Shown piece after piece: positions 1-12,582 of a stretch of 64,000 nucleotides of DNA; positions within the stretch are counted from its first letter, which is position 1; each line of letters opens with the position of its first letter. This DNA is from Oikopleura dioica. Its lineage: Eukaryota > Animalia > Chordata. The notes beneath the pieces were generated by a model. The model was given only the letters and a program-made list of their open reading frames with translations, had not been told where the DNA came from and made no database searches. The DNA lies in the NCBI GenBank assembly GCA_907165135.1, contig OU015569.1:5704001-5768000 (forward strand), in the 5' to 3' direction. The position numbers were made by a program, and so were the translations under genes.

Positions 1-24
1 AAGGATATATTTTATTTTCGAAAG

Positions 25-1384
25 ATGGTTTTCAAGAGCGGTCTAACGAAGGCGGAGCAAGAGAAGGCACAGAATGAGCTCAACGAGGATCCAGCAACGA
101 TAAACGAAAAATTGAAGAGCTTAGGTAATTTTGATAATTACCTGTAAACGAAAAATTCAGAGTTGTTAGCCCAAGAGTTCCAAGTCTAATTTCTGAGTTC
201 TCGGTCTTAGTTGCTTTTAACTTCACTTTCAAACAAATGAAGGGCTCTTGAGCCACTTAATCAAACAGAAATACTTGCTGGCTTGAACTTTATTAGTAAA
301 TAATATTTACGAGTAAAACATTATTAGGAGCAATTGTAAGAAGAGCAAGAAAATACCCGTTGCAGCGCATCCAAGATTAGAGGACGACTCATTCATAGTT
401 CGTTATTTGCGAGTTACGAAGTACGATCTGAAGAAGGCGGAAGAGAAAATCACTGCCCTCTTTCAGCTCGTGATAGATTGGCCGGAAGTTTTTGGCGATT
501 TGAAATGGACACCGGAGATCGAAAAAGTCTTCGACTCTGGCGTTATGGAACTTCTGGAGCCGGAAGATGATGGATGCTGGGTTCTGACTTCTGCTTCGGG
601 CAGGTGGGATCCTGCTGAAATTCCGGCTCATGCTCTTCATCAAGAAAAAGGTTTCAAACTAAAGCGAGACGCAGATGTATGATCATAAAAAGTACTCCTT
701 AAAAATTATTTGGGATCATTTCAAAAGCATCCGCATTTCTACGGGAGTGGCTAATCGAGCACGAAAGTGTGCAGGTACATGGAATTCGCTTCATTATCGA
801 TCACGGTGGAATGAGCTGGAGTCGATTTCGCGCTGTCGGTCTCAAATCAGCAAAAATGGGAGGGCGTTTCGATGCCTGTTCGCCCTTCAGAAACAAACGA
901 TCATTCGTTTTGAATGTAAAATGATAGCTTTCGATAGGATATAAATAAAGTTCAGTGCCCAGGTTGGCTCGAGACTGTATTCAACATCGTCAAAAAGTTC
1001 TTTTCGAAGAAGACTCTCGAGCGAGTCGTCATTTTGCCGAAAGGAGCCGATTGGGAAGAGCTCTACAAAGAAGTTCCTAAAGAACGTTTGCCTGAGTACT
1101 TGGGAGGAACAGCACCATCTTGTGGTTATTTTTATATGAATGAAATCGTCCTCATATTGATTTTAGAACAAGCTTGGATAAAGGATTTGAAAGCAAACTC
1201 GAAGCGAATAGAGAAGAAGTTTGAGTTTATGAAGGCGCTCTGCGATCCAAAGTAGCTTCTATAAATATTTCTACTCTGAATTTATGTCTTCAGTTTTGTC
1301 CCAGAAACAGACGAAACTGACAATGAGCTGTCAGAAGAAATGGCCAAGTTAGAAGTAGAAGCGAAAAAGGGAACCCTCTTCTAA
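25..1384 (+). CDS. CRAL-TRIO (Sec14-like) lipid-binding protein, alpha-tocopherol transfer protein/clavesin-like; multi-exon
   Basis: Spliced exons give DDSFIVRYLRVTKYDLKKAEE (CRAL-TRIO N), GRWDPAE, VQVHGIRFIIDHGG, TVFNIVKKFF and LPEYLGG, all characteristic of the family. Confidence 0.85.
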
Positions 1385-1835
1385 AGAAAACGCTGTTCAT
1401 AGTCTGTTATTATTCAATATATTGAGATATAATTTCAATTAATCAGCTAACACAAGTCGAAACAGATAGACAAGCATTCTACGTGTTGCTTATCGTTCTT
1501 GAAGCAATGTAGCGAGAATAGAAGGTGCCGATAAAGGCAATACCGTCTTGACTAATTTATACTAGTGACTAAGAAAGGGACTTCATTTGTCAATCTTTGA
1601 CAGGAGTTGGACCTGCGGAGTATTAGAATTCTCATTTAAATTTCCTCGGAGCAGTTCCACTGAAATTTTCCAAGTAATAAATATTCATAGCCTATGAATT
1701 ATATCTACTTTAAATCTTGTCCTATTTATCTAATAAGTCATTAGATAATAATTATAAGTAATAACTCTTCGTAAAAATATTACATGGGATCTCATATTCA
1801 CAAGCCAAAAAACATTCGAAAAGTTATTTTGCTTA

Positions 1836-2560
1836 TTGGTTTCTTGTACTTATAAAACGAAAAGAACAAAGAAAAATCGTATATTCAGTAGAGAGAGAGT
1901 CAGAGAACGTAGTCTTCGGCTTCTTCGGAGTCTTCGTCGGAGTCTTTTTCTTCGGAGTCTTCTTCCCAATTTTTTTTTTTTGCTGAAACACTCTTTGCCT
2001 TTTTTCACTTTCAGCTCTTTGCGAAGGTCCTTCTTCTAAATTTTAAGACTTTTTTGGATTTTATAATCGTCTATTTTATTTACTTAAATTTGTACCGTTC
2101 TCTGCAAGTGGAGGCTCTGCAACTGCCTGTTTCACTGGTTCTTCAGTAGGCGCGGTCTCTCGACGAGATTTCTTCTTTGGGGTAGTTCCGTCTTCAAATG
2201 CATCGCTGGCTCAGCTGGGAGTGATTTTTTTTTTCAGAATAATTTTAGTTTGCTGCTTGAAGTGATGACAACTTTCGATAGTCAATATCTTCAAATTGGA
2301 AAATAGCAATATTGGAAGCATTCGGAGTCTGAGAAATGTATGATTACCGGTAGTTAGACTTTGAGAATTTCTACACGGTTGATTATAAAGGCAACGTGAA
2401 GGCATTTTTCGCACATCTTTTTTTAGTTAGCGTGAGATTATTCAGACGACATTTCACGAGCGGCGTGCTCCTTAGCCACATGGAAAAGGGTGGCGCTCTT
2501 ACGGCTCTCGGAGAGTTCATGATATTTGCCAGCTACGACGAGGAAGTTAAGTCATTTTTT
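1836..2560 (-). CDS. Hypothetical Lys/Thr/Pro-rich protein with TPKK motifs; exon boundaries uncertain
   Basis: Minus-strand exons DAFEDGTTPKKKSRRETAPTEE and GKKTPKKKTPTKTPKKPK joined by a GT-AG intron; no recognisable domain. Confidence 0.35.
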
Positions 2561-4218
2561 TATTTCCTTATTAGAGAATTCAAAGCACCGATTGTCACAT
2601 ATGAAGCTCTTATCCTTTGTACTGGCCATAGGTAAATTATAGCTTTTAGGTGAACTTTTATATCGCCAATTATACAACTTGATTGACAAAAGTCATTTGG
2701 AATTTTTTACAGAGTAGAACAAAAGTAGCTGCGATAAGTAGTCAGACAGGCCGAGAACTAGAGTATTAACTAGTGCCTGCTAACTACCAATATTCTGAAA
2801 ATACCTAAAGAGGAAGTTGACCGTCATTAGCTAAAGTTGAACTTGCTTGGTAATTTGGCAGAGAGCGAAATTCGTCAGTCTCGGAAAAAAGACATTAAAA
2901 TGCATTCATGACTTGCAGCTGAAGCCGTGTATTCAACACGAGCTGCTAGCGCTGCGGCTTCAAGTACTGTTGTTAACAACTTAGCAAGATAAAGGGGATT
3001 TGCGGCGCGAGAAATTTTTTATACCCAGCGAGAATTGATCTTACGTTGCACGTTCACGGATATTTGTTCTTCGGAAACTTAAAGACGGCTCAGACTAGTC
3101 GCGCGTGGGAAAGATACTTGCATAATTTCAGCCATTAGAGTCTCATTATAATAATCGAGCTACTGGAGATTTTTCCTTGGGCGGCGAGTTAGACATGCAA
3201 ATAGTCTGTCCGAACACTGTCACTTCGAAAAAAAAATGAAAAACTTGAAAATCCTGGTTTTCCGTTTTACCGAAGACCAAATCAGGCGACCTTTTCGCAA
3301 CATTATTAAATCTAAAAGAAAACTGGCCACGTTTATCTTTTAGAATTGTGTATATTTGAACAGGCTCAAGAGTGGACTAACCAGTCTTTTAAGGAATTTG
3401 TGTCTTTTGAAAACATGGAATGTATAATTATAAAAACACGTCGTGGTTCTTGATGCGCGATGTTGATAATTTTCAACTATCAGCAAGTGAGCTCTTCAGA
3501 TCGAAGGGCTCAAACGAATTGGCAGCGAAGGGCCCAGTTGGGCAGTCAACAACAGGGCCTTCGAACGCCTCGGACTCTCAAGAGCGGCCAAGCGCCCGAT
3601 ACTCAGCCAGATCCTTTCTAATTCCCAAATAGCGAATTTTTTCTATTTCCTCATTTCGCGGTCACTTTATCGGGGAAAGTTAGAGGAACTAAGAGTTCTA
3701 CTGGGCAGTCGTAGTGGCACTTTTGCACGCTCCATTCCAGGGTTATTGAAAAAAATCATTAGAAACACTCCTTTGCTTGAGCATTTTTACATCATTTTTC
3801 AATTTCAGGCGCCGATGGAAAGAAGCCAAACAAATTCGAAGAGCTCGACAGATCAGGGAAAATAATGATGAAGAAAGCGATCGCTGAAGGGTTACTCACG
3901 TCTAGCACGATTAAACACTCTTCCGCAGCGGGCCCTAACATCGGAACCATTCGATCAGTTCCAAGTAAGTTTCTAAGCTATTTTAAACGTGGGTCTAATG
4001 CTAACGCATATTCGTTTTTGTCGCGGTGGATCAGGCGATTGCGGAAAGTAGCGGCGAAGTGTCGCGCTGGACCGCGCCAAATAAGAACTGACCACATCCA
4101 TCTCGCCGAGCACACTCCAGTGTTACAATATCTTTAACTACTTGGTCACTTGATATGCCAAAAGTTCAAAAGCAGAACGCAGAAGAATAGTCATTTTTCA
4201 TTAACCTTATATTTAGAC

Positions 4219-5969
4219 TCTTTGAAGAAACAACAGATCTGCATGGACATCCCGACCGTTGCGGAGATTAGGTCAGCGAAAAAGAGTAACCCGCAAGAAG
4301 AGAAGCTGAAAAAACGCATTACATTAAAGGTAATTAACCGTGCTCAGTTGCTCCTCCTTTGTTTACATTCGAGGGCTAAAAACAGTTGTAATATTCGCTT
4401 TAGACAATTCAAGCAGTCATGGATGGATCTTACGAGGAATGGATGCATCATCTAACACAGAACGAATACCCCGTTCCGACTCTCGATTTGCCTGTCGACT
4501 ACAGCCACGAGCACTTTGACTATCTCGACTTGGGAAAAGACATGATCGAGATAGGGACGAATTCTTTTACACTGGCAAGCATCGTCCGAATGCGTCCAGA
4601 CCCAACTCTTCCAGCAGACTATACTAACCGGGGCAGCAGGAAACGTGAAAAATCAATTGACACATCAATCAATTTTATTTCTTTTTGAAGAACTTAAATT
4701 TTGTTTCGTTACTTGAAATTTCACCTTGCGTAGAATTTTATCGAAGCGTAATGATGCGGGCCAAGGATTTGAACTCGTCGCCCCATCATTTTACACTGGT
4801 TCGGTTAGCCTATTTATGGGCAATGATGTCAAAGAGCCCGGCCACCTCGATTTCGGTCGCTCTCGACTGCCTGACAATACCTGGCTCTGTATTGGAACCT
4901 CCGTCGACAGAGATAACTTCGGAGATGATATTGCTCATATCGTTCCATTCGTGAACGGCTTCTCAGATGGGCCCGGGACATCCATAAAAATGAATGGCTC
5001 TCTTGCTTCAAATGCTTCGATGATCCTCGGAAATGGACTTGATGATTCTGGTCATTTGATTCCAGGCAGAAAAGATCGAACATTAGACGAAAAACCACGC
5101 TTTGGACAGCAATTCGAGGTAACTTAGACGTTTGATTGAGCGCGTCGAAAATTGACGAGTTAAATCGAATTTCCTTCGATTGAAAGAGCGTCAATTAGAG
5201 TGATTTTTAGGGCGACATAAGCTCCATCTTGTACTGGGATCGCGCGCTAACTCACAAGGAGCTCCGGATGATGTGCCGTCAGAAACTTGCCGCGATCGGC
5301 GTCTCCACCGGTAAATGTCCCAAGGGATATGAACAGTTCGACTGCAGATGCTACAAAATCGTCGATCAGGAGCTGATGAGCTTCAAGGACGCTGCTAATT
5401 TTTGCAAAGCAGAAGGCGCCAAGCTCGCGCGGCCAAAAACGGAACAACAGCAAGACTTCCTCGAAATTCTCATGCAACAGAGCCACATGGAGACTTTCTG
5501 GATTGGAATTGACGACATTGGTGAGCTTGAATATTATTCCGACAAGTTTTAACGTTGTTTTAGAAATCGATGGCTTGCACGTGTGGAGTGATGGTACCGT
5601 ACTCGACTATTCAGGAGGACACTTCAACAGATACCCAACTGGCGCTCCCGACAAAGTCTACACTTCTGAAGATTGCGTCGAAGAGGTAAATTTCCATATA
5701 AAATTCGGGTTTAGAACTGTTCTTAGATCAAATCTCGAAGTGGGTTTTACTGGAACGACGAGAACTGCTTCAAGGCGAACGCTTTCGCCTGCGAACTCGA
5801 CGAGATCGTTGACAACTGTGAGCCCTTAGTGACGCCTCCGCCAGAGATCTTACCGATTCAAATGCTGGATCAACCATTTTCGGTGCTGAAGAGCGCGGGC
5901 ATCCAGCCTGCATTCCTCAAAAGCGCTGGGAGACGCAAGGGACGGGACACTTCAAACGACTCCAATTAA
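4219..5969 (+). CDS. Protein with a LamG/pentraxin-like segment and a C-terminal C-type lectin domain; 5' end uncertain, may extend to ~3420
   Basis: CPKGYEQFDCRCYK...FCKAEGAKLA...FWIGIDD...WSDG...DCVE...YWNDENCFKANAFACE is a canonical CTLD; stop TAA at 5967-5969. The LamG-like call is weak. Confidence 0.75.
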
Positions 5970-6155
5970 GAAGTGACGCCCGTGCAGCATGGAATGCCCA
6001 TCTGCTCGCTTCTGCATTCCCTACCACGTGACCACTTTGGAAAGCGCGATTTTGTAAAGCTAATCCCTTACTTTTTATTCTTGTAAATTAATAAAGCACT
6101 CTTTCAGCACAGTTATTCTTATTATATAATGATTTAATGTAGTGACTCTCCCCAG

Positions 6156-6226
6156 GCAACGTTGGTTCAGTGGTAGAATTCTCGCCTGCCACGCGGGAGG
6201 CCCGGGTTCGATTCCCGGACGTTGCA
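6156..6226 (+). tRNA. trnG-GCC: tRNA-Gly (anticodon GCC)
   Basis: Cloverleaf with GCAACGT/ACGTTGC acceptor stem, TGGTTCAGTGGTAGAA D-arm (A box), CTGCCAC anticodon loop, GGTTCGATTCC T-arm (B box), followed by a T-run Pol III terminator. Confidence 0.97.
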
Positions 6227-6943
6227 AGCTTTTTACTTTGTAAAGATTTTTTTATTTGCATCTTCGATGGAATCAAGGAAGAGGATATTTTGAGAATGTT
6301 TGAGAACTCGACTGATTGGGGACTATATTTTCTTTTTCTATGCTAATATCCTAGGCTTTTTCTAGTTCGCTGCTTGTCTGACTGACGGCAATCTTTTCCA
6401 CTTGGAAGCGTAACTCTTCGGACCAGAAGACATACCATACGAAGGGAAACTTTGTGCGCCATTGAACACAACAGGACTAGTTCAATCTTTTCAGACACTC
6501 TGCTCAATTCTCTATGATCCAAGCTCTTTCCTGCCACGTAACTCAGGTAGGAATGCCGAGAACTCTACCTTTTGTTGATGGTTTTTAGGCTGGCCAAAAA
6601 ACAATGCTCAATATAACATCACTGCCAGAAAATGGATAGAAAAATATGCCATGAAATCGTATGATTAAACTTGCGTGATGTGCAAATAAATAAACACGAA
6701 AAAAGTTATTCAGTTGATGGACATACTGAGATTGCATCACTATTTAGAGAAGTTAAAGATCATATGAACTGTATTTGAAGTGAACAGTGTTTGAAATAAA
6801 TAGGAGGTAGAGTGTCACACAGAAAACGGGAATCGTAGGAAGACATGAGATAATAATTGAAGTGAAACTTAGTACGCGAGTTGAAGGGTAGGACTGGGTG
6901 TAGAGAAGGGTGAAAGGAAGGTGCAGATTGAAGATTGATAAAA

Positions 6944-9611
6944 TTAGGCCTTGTAGATAAAGACCTCTTTCTTTTTGGATCTCGTTCAGCGAAACCCTGC
7001 TCGAGGATCCATTCAAGCTGCTCTTTGATCATCTTCATCGAGGGCAAGAATTGACACTTAAATTGCAATCAACGAAGAGAAAAAGCGAAGTATGGCTACC
7101 TTTAGCAGCTCTGTAAGTTCAGCGGAGAGAGTGTTCGCGTCTACTTTCTTCCTAGCCTTGAGTACTTTGAGAGCAGCTTCTTGGACGCGAAGAGTTCGGA
7201 GCTGGTAGACTTCGTCATCTTCTTTCTTCATCGCTTTTTCAGCGGTGAGAGGAAGACGACCGATAAGAGAGACTTTTCCGCGGGTGGCAGCTTTCCCACT
7301 TTTGATCAAGGCAAAGGCACGGTTGACACGGAAAGTCATTCCGGGCGTGAACTCTAAATGCGTTTAGCATGGAAGACTAACATAGAGCAAACCTTTCGCA
7401 GCCTTGCTCACTTGTGGACGAGTGAGAAGGAGTTGGATTTTGAGCTTGGGATTCTGAGTCAGTACAGTCAGAGTTTTCTTGATTTCAGACTCAGGTAGCA
7501 TTGATCCGAGGCAAAGCTCCTCAATCGTCAGTTCGCTGTTCGGCCGTCTAAAGGAAGATTTTAACATCCTTCTCGATCTTGAAAACGTACCTATTCCAGC
7601 AAGATAAAACAGCCATTTGGAGTGCCGTAACATCAAGCTCGTACTTTCCCACTTTGGATTCGAATGTGAGTGTTCCGTGGGAAAGGAGCGGATGAAAGCT
7701 CAACTTGCGGCCGGTGTGCTGCTCTTTGTAGTAGTTCTCAATCTCGTTCAAGCTCTCTTCGACTTCATGAGGAAGCTGAATGGGGAAACGAGATAGACCG
7801 CGCACCCAAGCTCCGGCAGAGAGAACTTTTACATTGATAGATTTTTTGTCGAGCAAAGCTAAAATATAACATAACATTTATAAGGTAAGATTAAAATAAA
7901 CCTTTGACGTCCTTATTAAGATCCTCCGATAATTTGATGTCTTGGAACATTCGCTGGAGCTTGTTGACGTATTCTGATGGCATTCCGATTGAGCGAAGTC
8001 CGTCGACAAAAGACTCCTCGAGCTGTCGGTCATTTGAGACGTTGAGTACTAATCGTCGAGTCAGGTGGAGCTACAATTGTTTAATATAAATTCTTAACAT
8101 CTGATGGATTACCTTATGGTGGCGCATGAACAAGTCCTTGCTGTCGATGTACTTCAGCAAATTAAGTATGCCGTAGATACGATCTTCAATCTCCTGCTCA
8201 TTGTATTTTCGGCAAAGGGCTTTCTTTCTGAGCAAGCCATCTACATGAGTAGCAAGCATTTCTGGAAACTTATTTTCCTTGCCGAATATTTCAGTGCTGT
8301 TCAACAGAACGTTGAATCCTTGAAAAATTGCTTTATTTAATTGCTTGATTCCGATTAACTACCTCTGTCGCGCTCAGTTGTAAATTTAAAATGCGACTGG
8401 AAGGCGTACTCAATCAGCATGTCGGTTTCTTCGTAAAGCTTGAGGATACAGCTAACAGCAGCGTCGCCATCAGTGAGAGAACATGCTTTCAGCCTTTCAG
8501 TCCCTCGTTTCGTGACATACTGGTTAACGGCTTTGCGAAGGGCTCGAGACTTGTCCACGTCGGGTCGCATGAGAATGAAGGCTATCTTGAGCGCCTCTTT
8601 GTCAAGAGCGTCGACTAGTGAATCGATGGATGATAAAATCAGTTCGCTTGCGGCGGGCTCGTTCACCAAAACTAAAAATGTGTCCCCATCCGATCTTTAA
8701 CAGATCATTTTTACCTTCAAGAAGTTCATCCTGCGACTTTTTATACGACGCTTCTGCAATGTATTGCCTGGACATTCTTTTCTCGAAGTTATACGTCTCA
8801 AGCGCAAAGGACATGTACTCAATGGCAGTGGGCCCGTCGGCGAGTTTTTCTGCGACGCGTTTCACGTAGAAGTCCCGTCGATCTTTGTAGTAGTACATGT
8901 CCCATTCGAGCTCAAGGCCGCGGAGCGGGTCGCGGCCGATGAGGCACCTTCTCGACAAGTTTATGTAGGTGCGTTTGAGCGCTTGTACTCGCGCGTCGTT
9001 TCTGTACTCAGTATTGCCACAACGTTCTTCGTGGATTAAATGTTTTGCGCCAGCACGCAGCTCGGTCTCGAATTTCGCAAACATGAATTTCCACTCGAGA
9101 AGGAGAAGATACTCGATTGAAAGATCCTCGTCAGTGCGCTCCAAAAACTCAGTTTCTAGCGCTCGAAAGGGTTCCGGCAAGTACTCAAGCTAAAGTAGTC
9201 ATTGACGACAAAGCTTACTATGTTCAATATACCTGTGCTTCGAAGTCGTCCCACTCTCGACGATAGTGATCCAACATTTTGAGATAATTAGAGTCGTCTC
9301 GGTCTCTGACTTCTTCGAGACTGATTTTGACTTTTTTGAATCGCTCGCTGACAAGATCTGTGAGAGCCATTTGAAGTCGTTCGCTTCCGTCAGGATCCCA
9401 CTGGATAGATGCAAATACGTCCCAAAACAATTTGTGCCATTCCTCTCTAAAAATCTTTAGAACCAAGTGATCTGTAGATAACTCACCTTGGAACATTTTC
9501 GAGAAAGAGCAGTTTCTGAATGACGGGCTTCATTCGATCCCATCGCTCGTCGAATGGTATATCATCCTTTCCGATCATCTGGGAAGTGAAGTCCCGTACT
9601 TCGACCGACAT
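6944..9611 (-). CDS. CUL5: Cullin-5; multi-exon, all introns GT-AG, apparent 1-nt frameshift in the last exon
   Basis: FDERWDRMKPVIQKLL, KFPEMLATHVDGLLRK, LLKYIDSKDLFMRHHK, QLRTLRVQEA...KARKK and KMIKEQLEWI match cullin-5 motifs. Confidence 0.92.
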
Positions 9612-9738
9612 AAAAATGACCTTAAAAGTTACTACCATTTTACTTATTTAGAGAATACAGAGGTGAGACTGTTGAGCACTCGTATAAAAAGAGTAGAAGA
9701 GAAAAAGCGAAGTGACAGATTTTGAGAGAACATGTGAG

Positions 9739-10289
9739 TTAGGCTTCTTGAAAGAAGTCTTTTTTCAGGAAAACGATTCTCCTGACTTGGTCAAGAGATT
9801 TCTTCAGAAGAGATTCATCGTAAGCTTCCTCATTTCCTTGATTTTCATTGTTGTTTCTCTCAAGAATCGCCGAGATGTCACTTCGGTGTTCTTCTTCGTC
9901 TTTCTTAAGCTCTTCCCGGGTCAATGCCGCTTTCAACGCGTTGTAGTTGATCAGGAAGCGTTCAAGTTCGGAGCTCTCCTCATAAAGTGCTTCACCCCGG
10001 AGAATTGCATCTTCCATATTTTCTGCCCAGAGTCTAACTTCGTCCCTTACTGCGGTCTCAATGACGGTTGATGAGAGCGAAGTATTCTCATCAACAGAAA
10101 AGGAAAGACCTTCCAGAACTGTGGCCTCCTCACGAATCCTCTTCAGCTCTTTCTAGCAAGTAAAATTTAGGACAGAGTTTACGTCTCATTTAAAATTACC
10201 TCTGTCTCTTCACAGGAGTTGAAATGCATATCCCGCTGAGCAAGAAATGTTCTAATCGAATTCACCACGGAGTTTCTCTCAACCTGCAT
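9739..10289 (-). CDS. Hypothetical acidic coiled-coil protein, 2 exons, ~165 aa
   Basis: MQVERNSVVNSIRTFLAQ... spliced through a GT-AG intron into ORF 9739..10017; TTTCAG acceptor-like site just upstream of the ATG. Confidence 0.6.
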
Positions 10290-10360
10290 CCCAATTTCTC
10301 TGAAATCAGACTTGTACTTAGTTGTTATATTGACGTAATGGCAGTATAACATTATTTCGA

Positions 10361-11469
10361 TCAGACAGAAAGTTCTTGTGCTTTGTAGTTATTCTTGTAA
10401 ATATCCACAGTTCTCGTGCTTCCCGACACAAGCATGTGTCCCTTTAGTGATTTCTGAAAAAGAGGGAAAAATAAATCTCTTGTTACCTATCTCTCTGGCT
10501 TACTTGAATGGAATAAACAAATTGCGAGGTAGCTTCAACCGTCGAGATTTTCGATCCGTTGCGCTGAAACTGGTAAACAACTGATCGCGACCCACCGACG
10601 AAAATGCGTTCGGGTGAGCTGAGTTTGGTTTCAAATGCAAAAATGCGCGAAAGGGCGATAAGGATCGCAAATGGAACCATTCCTGAGCATACTTAACGGC
10701 ACATCTTCTTCTATATCTAAAATATTGGCCAATTCTCCGGAACTCACGTGCTAGAATGAAGAAAATTTGCTACAAATCAAAACCATAAGTCTTTACCCAT
10801 AATCCCACTCTTGGGCCTCCACCACAAATCAGCCAGTCGCCGATCATCGAGCAACAGCTGATAAATCGACCTCTTTCCGGTCGATTAAGCTCTTCGTTCT
10901 CGTAAGGCAGAATCGTTCTGGTGATTTCCTGGCTTTTGATATCCCAGATGTGGACAAGTCCGTCTTCTGACGCTGTGCAGAAAATCCCTCGATCGATCGA
11001 CATTGAAGAGCACTGAATCGCATCTAAAAATCTCAGTACTACTGGTTGTATTCATCGAATTACCTTTATGAGAGTCAATATCTTCCTTGATGATATGAAA
11101 AACGTTCAAATCGATTGTGTACAAAATTCCTCGTGGTCCACCTCCTATAAGTACGTCCTGGTCTTCCAAAATCAGAGCTGTGTTGTACGATTCGCTAGTT
11201 ATGCGCTTGCCGTTTGAAATTCTTCCCTCTTCGCTGAGGATGAGAGTAACTAGGCCTCCTATGCCACCGGCAATCAAAATTCCCTTGTATTCGAGAATGA
11301 AAAGGATGCTGTGAAGTTGAGTCTGGAATTCTTGCGTTTTCGACCAGCGTGTTACATTGTAAGTCGTTATCTTTCCAAGATTATCTCCGATATAGAGGGT
11401 CGAACCGTTTCTCGAGAATGTCTGAGCGAAGATAGAACGGTAAGCATCAAGCACCTCCGCTTCCAACAT
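10361..11469 (-). CDS. THOC6: THO complex subunit 6 (WD40 protein)
   Basis: SIFAQTFSRNGSTLYIGDNLGKI, SEDGLVHIWD, DWLICGGGPRVGLW and C-terminal VSGSTRTVDIY match the THOC6 layout. Confidence 0.85.
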
Positions 11470-11553
11470 TTTCTAAGAAAGACAAATATGATAAGGCTGG
11501 CGATAGGCACGATTTGATAAATAATGGCAGTCAAATAAATTGGCACACACAGT

Positions 11554-12582
11554 TCAGGAGTTTTGGGACATTCGCTTGCGAGATCGCGTTCGTGGAGGCT
11601 CTGAAACCGGGATGCAAAGAAAACTCGTCCATCGAAATCTACTCTCACGGAAAGAACTTTGAAAATTTGTGATTTGCATGCCTGTCTGGTACATATTCCT
11701 CTTCATCAAGCGATGACGAGCTGGTTTCTATGTATTCTATGAACGGTCAAGACCGCATTCTCCTAACAAGATAAAAATAGGGTCCAAGACCGTTTCCGAT
11801 ACGAACGGATTGTTTTCGACGATCTCTGTGCTGTTCTCGGGGACTTGAACGCTGGTGGTTTTCCGCAATCGCCGTATTTCTAGCAACGAAGTAGTTTATT
11901 GCGATCCCTGCGAAATTGAGTCCGTCGGCGCTCAAAGCTTACAATTTTATGATGGGAAATCTTCAATAAATTACCCATAAGCTGCTTAACGAAATGCTGT
12001 AGCCGGGTAGACGTGAGTCCCACTCGTTTGGCGCTTGCCCTGCCGGAAGAATAGAGATCGCAGATGAGCTCAAACAGTCCCTCCGTCGGACCCCGATTTA
12101 TAGTCATCTCATTTAGTGGAATACCCCTAAGTATCTTCGTCACCGAGAAGAGACTTGAATGAGTTAGGCACTTCCGCGTCTGCTCTGCTAAATGCGTCTG
12201 GCGCGGTTTAACTCGTTTCCTGACAGGAGCCGCCATAAATAGAAGCATCAGCTTTAGCTCGGAATAAAATGGTAGCCACGAGAGGAAGACATCAGCCATG
12301 TACTCAACTCCATAGTAGTAGGTGAAGACGACCTTGTTCCAGGGTAAAAAACAGGCTTAGAAAACACACAAGGGGATCTACGATTGCTTTTTGAACCCTT
12401 GGCCAGTATTTGAGCCAGAAATTGACATCGGGAGAGTCGTTAAGCAGCGACTTCATTGAAAGAGTGGCTGGCAATGCTAATGACATAGCCTGCCAAGCGG
12501 CACTGTTCGAGGGGATGCCAGTTGTTTGGAATTTTAAGGAAAGAAATGCGACTAGCAACCCTTGACCATACACAATACCCAT
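11554..12582 (-). CDS. REEP/DP1/HVA22-family ER-shaping protein; both ends uncertain
   Basis: LPATLSMKSL...FWLKYW / VVFTYYYGVEYMADVFLSWLPFYSELK is the TB2/DP1/HVA22 core. Confidence 0.7.

Noticed and set aside
2917-2962. Small nested hairpin TGAAGCCG...CGGCTTCA
   Set aside because: Too short to assign; no ncRNA box motifs recognised
11367-11648. ORF with a hydrophobic stretch overlapping the THOC6 start
   Set aside because: The hydrophobicity derives from the T-rich intercistronic/acceptor region, and it overlaps THOC6 out of frame
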